Below, in pieces: positions 48,409 through 56,869 of a stretch of 64,000 bases of DNA; positions within the stretch are counted from its first letter, which is position 1, and every line of letters begins with the position of its first letter. The stretch is taken from positions 1 through 64,000 of IMG/VR virus record IMGVR_UViG_3300042544_002482. One strand, 5' to 3'. The notes below the pieces were generated by a model. The model made no database searches and was not told where the DNA came from. It saw only the letters and a program-made list of their open reading frames with translations. Made by a program: the position numbers and the translations under genes. Source of the stretch: a virus.

Positions 48409-49151
48409 TTTTTCCTGTTAATAATGGTAATACCGCTTGATGACGGCTTGTCCACTAATATACGGAAATTATGTAAATTAATCAAGTTCCAGGTAGGATT
48501 TTCTTGTAATTCTTTAATTAATTTGGATGGTCCATCAAATCTATGAAAGTCCTTTCGTTGGTCCTCAGATACGATTAAAGTTCTTTCATATTCAGAATCG
48601 GTATCGTGTATAATGATTATACCATTTTCAGATAATATCTGTGAATATAAATCAAAATCTTGTTTTACGCCTTCATATGAGTGGTCTCCATCAATAAACA
48701 ACAAATCTATTTTTATATCCTGTAAAACAAAGAAATTATAATATGCTTCTTCAGATGTGGATTTAATAAAACGAGGATAGAAATTTTTACGGTAGAATGA
48801 GTCTTCGTTTTCTAGGTCATTAGGACCCCCTACACCGTTACAAGCATCCACGACATATGTTGACCCTATGTCACCCCAATTAAGGTCAGAATCACCCTCA
48901 AATATCCCTTGTTTATGGAGATCTAATCTAGCCTGTGTTAATATCCTCGGTATGAAACCTCCACCCGACCCAATACAAACACAAGTCTTAAATCTCATAT
49001 GTTGTATAATAGAATACACAACAAGACCGTCTCCCATATGTAAATCTGTTGCACCATGTGTCCACCTATATGGTACAGGTTGGTCATTATTGTTAGTAAT
49101 GTTTTTTCTAATATATTCTTCATTTGTTATCATTTCATCCAATTTGGCCAT
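48405..49151 (-). CDS. class I SAM-dependent methyltransferase (start may be the second Met)
   Basis: IGSGGG, LFIDGDHSYEGV..D, IIIHD. Confidence 0.85.
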   Translation of the reverse strand: MAKLDEMITNEEYIRKNITNNNDQPVPYRWTHGATDLHMGDGLVVYSIIQHMRFKTCVCIGSGGGFIPRILTQARLDLHKQGIFEGDSDLNWGDIGSTYVVDACNGVGGPNDLENEDSFYRKNFYPRFIKSTSEEAYYNFFVLQDIKIDLLFIDGDHSYEGVKQDFDLYSQILSENGIIIIHDTDSEYERTLIVSEDQRKDFHRFDGPSKLIKELQENPTWNLINLHNFRILVDKPSSSGITIINRKK

Positions 49152-49864
49152 AAATGTCGTGGTGTATATCTTCTACTTATACTTATCATTTTACCTTCTA
49201 ATATTTTATACAATTCAATGTCTCTTTGTACTTCCATATTTGCGGATTTACAACTTATTTGTATTGATATTCCTTCACCCGCACCGATTATTTCTTTTTT
49301 CAAAGGTAAGTCTGAAAATTCTTTTACTACTTGTAATTTTTCATAATAATAGTAAAATGAATCCATATCAAATCCGTCTTTATTGATTACCAAAAAATAT
49401 TCCCACATTGTTTCAAAATTAAAAAATGGTGGATATAGTTTAGCCGCATACTCAACATATGTTTTCCATTCTGGATTGGTTTCGTTGATTAAATCTTTTA
49501 CAAATTCTTTTTTTGCACTATGATTCAATAAGGTATCGATATATGAAACTCCACCTTTGAAATTATATGTTTTTAATGATTCTAAAAATGAGTAGTCTGT
49601 GACGTGTGTGTCTGCATCAAGTAGGATACAAATGTTGTGATTTTTTAAGATGTATTTTGGTAATATCATCTTATCCGAATATGATTTTAAATGTCTATTG
49701 TATTGAATAATATGTACTTGTGGGTATTCGGTAAATTCTTCGGGTTTATCTGTTAATACGTAAACAGATAATTCAACATCTAATAGTTGTTTAATTTTTT
49801 CTTTGGTTCCTCTATAATAATAGTCCTCACCAAAACAAAATATACCAAATCCTATGTTATTCAT
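49130..49864 (-). CDS. GT-A-like protein, paralog of 31307-32008
   Basis: VLTDKPEEF, SYSDK, LDAD, GAGEG. Confidence 0.55.
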   Translation of the reverse strand: MNNIGFGIFCFGEDYYYRGTKEKIKQLLDVELSVYVLTDKPEEFTEYPQVHIIQYNRHLKSYSDKMILPKYILKNHNICILLDADTHVTDYSFLESLKTYNFKGGVSYIDTLLNHSAKKEFVKDLINETNPEWKTYVEYAAKLYPPFFNFETMWEYFLVINKDGFDMDSFYYYYEKLQVVKEFSDLPLKKEIIGAGEGISIQISCKSANMEVQRDIELYKILEGKMISISRRYTPRHLWPNWMK

Positions 49865-49870
49865 AGGTAA

Positions 49871-49899
49871 AATATAAATAATTTATATTAAAATGTAAA
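49871..49899 (-). promoter_or_regulatory. sigma70-type promoter TTTACA-17-TATATT heading the radical SAM/GT operon
   Basis: -10 ends 6 nt before ATG 49864; overlaps a TATTTATA. Confidence 0.55.
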
Positions 49900-50484
49900 T
49901 TACATAGCCCCTAAAAACATTCCCGTAAATAAAAAGTAATCTGAGTAGAATCTACCAACGGTTCCACCGAAATATGGTCGAACACTAACATAATCACCTA
50001 TACCTAAATAAATGATACCGTGTGTATGAATACCATCTACGTGATTTGCAACAGCACCATGACCATATATGTTTAATGGGGTATATCCTTCGTTCCAAGA
50101 ATCCACACCGTTTTTACCAAATCCAAAATGAATATATCCTGAGGTTGAGTTATTATCGTTATAATAATATGCTTGTGCGTAGAAATAATAATGTCCCGCT
50201 AATGGTGCGGTGAATCTACCTGTTGCATTACTAAATCCAGAACCAACTTGAGTTGATGTGTATCCCATTTGACTACCGACTTCTCTCCATCCTGTTCCAC
50301 CGAAATTACCGGAATATAACCAACTACCGACAGTTCCTGCGGCATTAAAAGATGGTTGTCCTGATGCCCGTAAGTTTGTACCAACACTTAAATTACCATT
50401 CAAAGATACTGCAGTTTCAAACGCACCAGAGTTTTGATTTATTGTTGATTCAGTATATGTTGTATCTCCTACGTATATTGCCAT
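49900..50484 (-). CDS. C1q-like domain virion protein
   Basis: PSF.A, TGRFTAPLAG.YYF, L.IGDYV, F.G. Confidence 0.75.
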   Translation of the reverse strand: MAIYVGDTTYTESTINQNSGAFETAVSLNGNLSVGTNLRASGQPSFNAAGTVGSWLYSGNFGGTGWREVGSQMGYTSTQVGSGFSNATGRFTAPLAGHYYFYAQAYYYNDNNSTSGYIHFGFGKNGVDSWNEGYTPLNIYGHGAVANHVDGIHTHGIIYLGIGDYVSVRPYFGGTVGRFYSDYFLFTGMFLGAM

Positions 50485-50487
50485 AAT

Positions 50488-51075
50488 TTAACCTATTAAA
50501 TATCCACAAAATAATGTATAACTACCATAAATTCTACCAATAGTTCCACCCCAATATGGGATAATACTAACATAGTCACCGACACCTAAACTCATTATTG
50601 CTGATACGTTTATACCATCTGAGTGTTGAGCTAATTCCCCATGACCATAAATATTATATGGTGTCCTACTATTGTTCCAAGTTACATTACCATTTACTGC
50701 TAATTGGTAATGAATATATCCTGATGTACTATTACTATCAATATTATAGTACGCTGAGGAGTGAAAATAGTACTTTCCTGCAACGGGTGCGGTGTATCTA
50801 CCAGTAGACGTACTGAATCCATAAGACCCCGCACCTTGTTGTGATACTCCCCAACCTACTGGACTTCCTAATTCTCTCCATGCACCACCTCCACCAAATG
50901 AAGATGGGTAAATCCATGCACCACTACCGTTTGCATTAAATGCTGGTTGAACACCAATAGTTGTTGAAAAAGCAGAGGGTGATGGTTGGACTAGGTTACC
51001 AGTCAACGCTAACGCACTACTTGCTCCTGCGATTGTATTGTTACTATATGTTGCTCCCCCTAAATAAATTGGCAT
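50488..51075 (-). CDS. C1q-like domain virion protein
   Basis: PAF.A, TGRYTAPVAGKYYF, L.VGDYV, FCGYLIG. Confidence 0.75.
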   Translation of the reverse strand: MPIYLGGATYSNNTIAGASSALALTGNLVQPSPSAFSTTIGVQPAFNANGSGAWIYPSSFGGGGAWRELGSPVGWGVSQQGAGSYGFSTSTGRYTAPVAGKYYFHSSAYYNIDSNSTSGYIHYQLAVNGNVTWNNSRTPYNIYGHGELAQHSDGINVSAIMSLGVGDYVSIIPYWGGTIGRIYGSYTLFCGYLIG

Positions 51076-51365
51076 TATAAAAATGGATCTGGTGATGGGT
51101 TTATTATATCATTATAAACGTCCGGTTGAATTTGACTTCTTTCTTCGGCTGAAACAATATTTGAAGCCATAACAATATCATCTTTTGAACCAGATATTGT
51201 TTCACCCGCTTCTAATTTTCTTTTTATTTCATTATTTACAATTTCATCAATTGCCGATTCACATCTTGCAAATACAAAATTTTCAATCCAATCTTGTGGG
51301 TCAACTGCAACCCATCTTAACGCTTTATCTTGTGCGTCTGTTAATGTTACTGTGTACTGTGCCAT
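51075..51365 (-). CDS. small phage protein embedded among C1q genes
   Basis: 96-aa ORF preceded by TATTTATA. Confidence 0.7.
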   Translation of the reverse strand: MAQYTVTLTDAQDKALRWVAVDPQDWIENFVFARCESAIDEIVNNEIKRKLEAGETISGSKDDIVMASNIVSAEERSQIQPDVYNDIINPSPDPFL

Positions 51366-51378
51366 ATTTTTTGTTTTT

Positions 51379-51386
51379 TATAAATA
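51379..51386 (-). promoter_or_regulatory. TATTTATA putative late-promoter motif
   Basis: Intergenic, upstream of 51365. Confidence 0.45.
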
Positions 51387-51396
51387 TAATTAATTT

Positions 51397-51990
51397 TTAA
51401 CCAATTTTCCACCCCCAAAATCCTGTGTGTGCACCATAAAGTCTAGTTGTGTTCGCATTAATATAAACTCTAATGTCGACATAGTCACCCGCAGCTAATG
51501 ACATAACCCCCGATACACAAATACCATCGGGATAATTCGCCGCTGCACCATATGTGTAAATTGTATATGGTGTTTGACCATTATTCCAACCTAATCCTCC
51601 ATTTTTTGCAAATTGTGGGTGAATGTAACCAGCTCCAGTATTATATGGTGCAGATATATCGTTTAACATGTAAAGATTCATCATAAAATGATAATAACCC
51701 GCAGATGGTGCAGTAAATCTACCAGTACTAGTACTAAAATTATTTGTTCTATCTGTCGTTACCCACGCTATTCTTGAATCTAATATATTCCAATTTGCTG
51801 CTCCATTCCAACCGGCATCGTTTGGGTACCGCCACGCATTTAATGAACCGTTTGCTCTGAATATAGGGTTGTTAATACCTCTTCTATGCCAACCACTAAT
51901 TGCCAATGATGTGCTTGGTAATGACAATGTACCAGATGCCGGTGTAATTGTTTTATCTCCAAATATTGTACCTTCTACATTTAATGGCAT
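51397..51990 (-). CDS. C1q-like domain virion protein
   Basis: TGRFTAPSAGYYHF, LAAGDYV, FWG. Confidence 0.75.
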   Translation of the reverse strand: MPLNVEGTIFGDKTITPASGTLSLPSTSLAISGWHRRGINNPIFRANGSLNAWRYPNDAGWNGAANWNILDSRIAWVTTDRTNNFSTSTGRFTAPSAGYYHFMMNLYMLNDISAPYNTGAGYIHPQFAKNGGLGWNNGQTPYTIYTYGAAANYPDGICVSGVMSLAAGDYVDIRVYINANTTRLYGAHTGFWGWKIG

Positions 51991-51991
51991 A

Positions 51992-54900
51992 CTATACTAT
52001 TTCTGTTAAATCTATTTTGAACTTCTTACCATTCTTATTATTGATGATGTATAAGTTTTCATTACCTTCCTGTATAGTCCAATCACCTGTTGTTCCATCT
52101 ATTTCATTTCCACCTTCTTTACCTTCATTACTTAAGTGTAAGTCATTCGTAAATAAGTTAGCCCATCTAAGTGATGAACTACCTAAATTGTATGAATTGT
52201 TTGCGGATGGTATTAAATTCGTGTGACTTCTAACGTTACTATCACCGTTGGATATTGAAAATAGTACGGTACCTAAATCCTCGGTATCAAAAAATCTAAT
52301 ACCTCCATATCCAGGTGTTGCACCCATACGAATTCCCGTATGCCATCTTAAATCTAATTTAGTATAGTTACCACCAACGTTTTCTAAGTTTGTACCTATG
52401 TAGTAGTTTGCCACTGCGTCACTATCTCCGCCACCAAAGAATAATCTTGTTGACGATACTGCATTATAGGCGTTGTTTGAATAGTTACCCGCTATAACCA
52501 AATAACCACTTGTAACAGCATTACTTGATAAAGTACCAGTACTACCTGCGGTTGTTGCGGATGTTGCGGATGTTGCGGATGTTGCGGTTGATGCATTACC
52601 TATAAAATTACCACTATTATCAATGTAAGATACATCTGTTCCATTTCTTCTAAACTGAACAATTCTATCTGAACCACTATCAGACACTATATACCATCTT
52701 GCTGCGTGATATTGTATTTTTCCTTGAGTTCCTGGGTCACCAGTCCAGTTAGAAGTTGAATTGCTTCTTATATCTGTATTTGTTATTGTTATAGTACCAG
52801 TCATTGTACCTCCAGCTAATGGAAGTTTAGTTGTGTCTGACGTTATAAATCCCGCACCATTTGTAAGTTGATTAGTATTTGTTGGAATAGTTGCCGAACT
52901 ATACGCTAAAGACCCTAAACCTAAGAAAGATTGTACTTTAGCCGCAGTTGCTGACCGGTGATAGTTATCACCGAACTTAGCCACAATATGTGTTATTGTT
53001 CCTGTACTTACATCATCAGTTGTATTTATATAACTATAAAATCCATAGTTACCAGTTATATGTCCACTACCATCTCTATATACTATAGTATTCGCAGTGG
53101 CTGCAGCTGTAGGATTGTTAAACCCTGATATAGACCCCGCAGTTCCGTCAACACTTACTCCTGTTAATGTTTGTGAAGCCGACCCTCTACCTAACGATAT
53201 GGATGTTGTTCCAACGTGGAACGATGAATTTGTTAATTGTGCATTACTAATTCCAGTTACTTGTGCAGAACCAGAGAAAACACCAACAGCGTTTAATCTT
53301 GTTAAGATACCACTTGCATAGTTTGTTGTTGATGTTAAATCAATTTGTGATGAACCTGAAACCAATCCACCAGGAATGCTACTAATAGAACCAAAAGTAA
53401 TCTGACTAGACCCAGAAACCAATGCAGGTTTATCGGTTATACCATTAAAAGATATTTGAGCGGAACCCGATACTACACTAATACCGTTAAAAAACGCTCC
53501 CGAATGTATTGTTGTTCCATTTAATACTTGTGATGAACCTGAAACAGTTCCCGAAGGTAATAATGACACCACCTGAGATGAACCAGAAACTATACCTGTC
53601 GGTATGTTAGATAAACCTGTATATGATATTTGTGATGAACCCGATACCAATGTTGTTCCCTGAGAAACTATTGTTGAGGTAATGATTACACTACCTGTTA
53701 TTTCTGTATTATTCTTTAGACTAATTTTACTTCCATTATCAAAAATACTTGAAGTGGTTAAATGGTGACCATGACCATTGTCTTCAACCTTGGTTAAAAA
53801 GTTTCCAACTAGTGTTGGTGCATTATCTATACCCGTACCCAATGGTCCGTATAATAAAATACTTGCATCATCGGTACCAACATCTGAATGTTGAAATTTC
53901 CAATTGTTTGTTAGTGAGTCATAAAACAAAGACGCGGTAACATTTGTTGACCCCGAATCAAAAACAGAAATACCCGCATATCTAATTGCTGGTGTGTTAG
54001 AGTTTAATATAATTTTATTTGTACCAATACTAACGGCAGATGCTGTTATATTTTCTAAAGAAGATGATCCTTGTACAATTAAGTTTTGTGATATATAAAG
54101 TGAACCAGTTATGGTTTGATCACCTTTGAATATGTTACTACCTGTTGTTGCATATCTACCTTCAATAGTTGTAAGTCTAGTATTGTGTGAAGTGTCTGTT
54201 GAACTAAATGACGAACTAAGTGAATTCATTGATGAACTCAAATCATTTACACTTGTTGCAACAGAAGAACTAAATGTTGAATATCCTGTTGTTCCTGTTA
54301 ATATAACTTGGGAACTTCCTGATATGACACCATCACTATTTAATTTAGATTTGATTGTTGTGTTGATGGACGAAGTAAAAGTATTTAAACTACCTGTACT
54401 TGTTTCAATTGCCGATAATCTATTAATTGCTGATGCCGTAAATGTATTTAAATTACCCCCAGCACTTTCTAAATTACCTATTCTAGTGTTAACAGAAGAA
54501 CTAAAATCTGTAAGGTTTATTCCTTCGATTGTACCTGTAATATCAATAGAACCCGATACAACAATATCGTTTGCAAAAACAACTGGTGTTCCACCTACTG
54601 AAGATTGGATTTTTTGTCCGTTTAGTATTTCAACAGGACCTTTTAACATTATCTTACCGTTTGTTGGGTCCAATAATATGTCTCCGTCTGCACTAGATTT
54701 TAATTCAATGTCACCATCCGCAGTTTGTAAAATAATAGAGTCAGTTGTACCTTCTAATATTTTTAATGATTGACCTGTGTCGGTTGTAATTGTTAATTCC
54801 TGTGCTGTTGACGAAATTACTTTTGTTCCATCAATGTATAATGAACCCGATGAGATATAAACGTCTCTCCATTGATACTCCGCACTACCTAAGTCATATG

Positions 54901-55732
54901 TGTTATCAACAGAAGGTAATATTGATCCGCTATGTGTTTGTGTTCCTTTAAATAAATTTGAACCCGTCGTTGCATAACTTCCAGTTTTATTTTCAATTGA
55001 ATCTACTCTGTTTTTTGTGTTTAATGTTGTTGTTGCAACTGAAGAACTTAAAGAACCAATACTAGAACTCAACTCACTAGTTGTTGTTGCAATCGAAGAA
55101 GATAAAAATCCAATACTTGATGTTAATGAAGAGCTAAATGTATTATAATTTGTTGTTCCACTAATATCAACTTGAATACTACCTGAAATAACGTTTTCAG
55201 TGTTTAATTTAGATTTGATTGTTGTATCAATAGACGAAGTAAAACTATTTAAACTTCCTGACGATGTTTCTAATGCTGAAACTCTACTATTATTACTTGA
55301 AGTATATGATTGAAACGTTGTTTCGTCTAATTTACCCGTACCAATCGCTTGTCCATTTAATGATATTGAACCCGTAATTTGAACAGAACCTGTAAATTGA
55401 TGTACATCATTATCATCGTTACCAAACATAGATGAACCACTAGCAAAACTTGTGGTCATATAAGTTACAGATGAACTTACAATATAATTGGTTGCAATAA
55501 TTGATCCTGTAACGGATAAATCACCTTGAATTTGGGTACTTTTATTAACAGTGAATCCTGTTGTCGAAATGGACGCTGTAGCGTTTCCACTCGATATTTG
55601 AGATAAATTTAAACCAGTTACACCACTAGCTGGTAGATTGTATAAACCACCACCATCACCTATATATGAGCCGGTAAATGCTGAGGCCGTAACTGACCCC
55701 GAAATATTGAATATCGAACCGTAGAATTCCAT
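51992..55732 (-). CDS. Ser/Thr-rich tail fibre protein
   Basis: SGS repeats, LPLAGGTMTG, YDLGS...W; C-terminal DLHLSNE...DGT.GDWT.QEG domain shared with 56870-59332. Confidence 0.8.
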   Translation of the reverse strand: MEFYGSIFNISGSVTASAFTGSYIGDGGGLYNLPASGVTGLNLSQISSGNATASISTTGFTVNKSTQIQGDLSVTGSIIATNYIVSSSVTYMTTSFASGSSMFGNDDNDVHQFTGSVQITGSISLNGQAIGTGKLDETTFQSYTSSNNSRVSALETSSGSLNSFTSSIDTTIKSKLNTENVISGSIQVDISGTTNYNTFSSSLTSSIGFLSSSIATTTSELSSSIGSLSSSVATTTLNTKNRVDSIENKTGSYATTGSNLFKGTQTHSGSILPSVDNTYDLGSAEYQWRDVYISSGSLYIDGTKVISSTAQELTITTDTGQSLKILEGTTDSIILQTADGDIELKSSADGDILLDPTNGKIMLKGPVEILNGQKIQSSVGGTPVVFANDIVVSGSIDITGTIEGINLTDFSSSVNTRIGNLESAGGNLNTFTASAINRLSAIETSTGSLNTFTSSINTTIKSKLNSDGVISGSSQVILTGTTGYSTFSSSVATSVNDLSSSMNSLSSSFSSTDTSHNTRLTTIEGRYATTGSNIFKGDQTITGSLYISQNLIVQGSSSLENITASAVSIGTNKIILNSNTPAIRYAGISVFDSGSTNVTASLFYDSLTNNWKFQHSDVGTDDASILLYGPLGTGIDNAPTLVGNFLTKVEDNGHGHHLTTSSIFDNGSKISLKNNTEITGSVIITSTIVSQGTTLVSGSSQISYTGLSNIPTGIVSGSSQVVSLLPSGTVSGSSQVLNGTTIHSGAFFNGISVVSGSAQISFNGITDKPALVSGSSQITFGSISSIPGGLVSGSSQIDLTSTTNYASGILTRLNAVGVFSGSAQVTGISNAQLTNSSFHVGTTSISLGRGSASQTLTGVSVDGTAGSISGFNNPTAAATANTIVYRDGSGHITGNYGFYSYINTTDDVSTGTITHIVAKFGDNYHRSATAAKVQSFLGLGSLAYSSATIPTNTNQLTNGAGFITSDTTKLPLAGGTMTGTITITNTDIRSNSTSNWTGDPGTQGKIQYHAARWYIVSDSGSDRIVQFRRNGTDVSYIDNSGNFIGNASTATSATSATSATTAGSTGTLSSNAVTSGYLVIAGNYSNNAYNAVSSTRLFFGGGDSDAVANYYIGTNLENVGGNYTKLDLRWHTGIRMGATPGYGGIRFFDTEDLGTVLFSISNGDSNVRSHTNLIPSANNSYNLGSSSLRWANLFTNDLHLSNEGKEGGNEIDGTTGDWTIQEGNENLYIINNKNGKKFKIDLTEIV
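52553..52587 (+). repeat. in-frame 9-bp tandem repeat (TGTTGCGGA x3.9) encoding (ATS)n
   Basis: Directly visible. Confidence 0.85.
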
Positions 55733-55748
55733 TAATTTATAGTTTAAC

Positions 55749-55756
55749 TATAAATA
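55749..55756 (-). promoter_or_regulatory. TATTTATA putative late-promoter motif
   Basis: Upstream of the fibre ATG at 55732. Confidence 0.45.
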
Positions 55757-55786
55757 CTTGAGATATCGGTTATGGGGCGATATTAT

Positions 55787-56149
55787 TTAAGGTATGATGA
55801 GTTCTAACGAACCATCCCAAGGATTTGGATTCTCTTGATTTGACCAATCTCTAACTGCATCAATGAAAACACCCATTTTTGTGACCTTTTCTGCGTCATT
55901 TTCTCTAAGAATATTAGATTGTTTCCATGAAGGATAATATTTGAAAATATGTTCTTGAGCAAATTCATTTATTTCTGAATTTTCCCACTCAATATAAAGT
56001 TCTTCATCTGTTTTTGTGTAAACTAAAACAGGTGGGTCTTGCGTAAAGTCATAAACTTCCTTATATTTTAATAAATCGTCTTTACAAGTAATTCCTTTAT
56101 TTTCTTTTGGACCATTCCAAATACAAATTTCATATTCTATAATTTTCAT
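55787..56149 (-). CDS. hypothetical protein, possible fibre chaperone
   Basis: 120-aa ORF downstream of a fibre cassette; YP.WKQ.N motif. Confidence 0.6.
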   Translation of the reverse strand: MKIIEYEICIWNGPKENKGITCKDDLLKYKEVYDFTQDPPVLVYTKTDEELYIEWENSEINEFAQEHIFKYYPSWKQSNILRENDAEKVTKMGVFIDAVRDWSNQENPNPWDGSLELIIP

Positions 56150-56167
56150 ATTAATAAATTTTAAAAA

Positions 56168-56869
56168 TTAACCTCCTGTGGTACCTAATTTACCATGGAT
56201 TATATAAACCAAATCAACAATTCTTAACCGACTACGGTCATCACTACTTCCACCTAAATTTATTATTCTTAATGTGTCAGAACTATCAAACAAACCACTA
56301 ACGTGGTTTGCTAAACAATACCAACCACCGTACGCCCCTCCAGCATAAAATTGTCCACTTACTTTAAAATTCGCAAAACTGTTAAGACTATTTGAATTGT
56401 CTAATGTTCTAGGTTCAGTATAATCTGGTGTTACTGAACCCGTTCTAATAAAAGCATGATTTGCACCTGCAGCATTTTTTAACATCGCTAACCTAGTGTA
56501 CGAATAATCATATCCTGGATGGGGATGATCTCCAACACCAAGTTGTGCCCATAACGATACCCTTCCAATATCACCTATTGCAGTTCCTGCGTTACCATTT
56601 CTTCTTCCGGAGTTACTATCGTGTGTGTTATTATACCAAGTACTATGATGTGGAAACATTGGTAATGATAAATCAACATAAGCAGCACCACCTGCAGCCG
56701 CGGATGGTGCATAATCTCCAGCAGAATTAAATATTTTTGTATCGGCCGTTGAATTATTATATCTTGGATTTATAGTTATACTTCCCACAGTTGTTGCGGC
56801 ATGTTCAACAATAGGGATTTGAATTTGCATATATTGAATAGGTAATCCTGAACTTGATAATATTGCCAT
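56168..56869 (-). CDS. hypothetical virion protein
   Basis: 233-aa ORF abutting the fibre stop codon. Confidence 0.65.
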   Translation of the reverse strand: MAILSSSGLPIQYMQIQIPIVEHAATTVGSITINPRYNNSTADTKIFNSAGDYAPSAAAGGAAYVDLSLPMFPHHSTWYNNTHDSNSGRRNGNAGTAIGDIGRVSLWAQLGVGDHPHPGYDYSYTRLAMLKNAAGANHAFIRTGSVTPDYTEPRTLDNSNSLNSFANFKVSGQFYAGGAYGGWYCLANHVSGLFDSSDTLRIINLGGSSDDRSRLRIVDLVYIIHGKLGTTGG

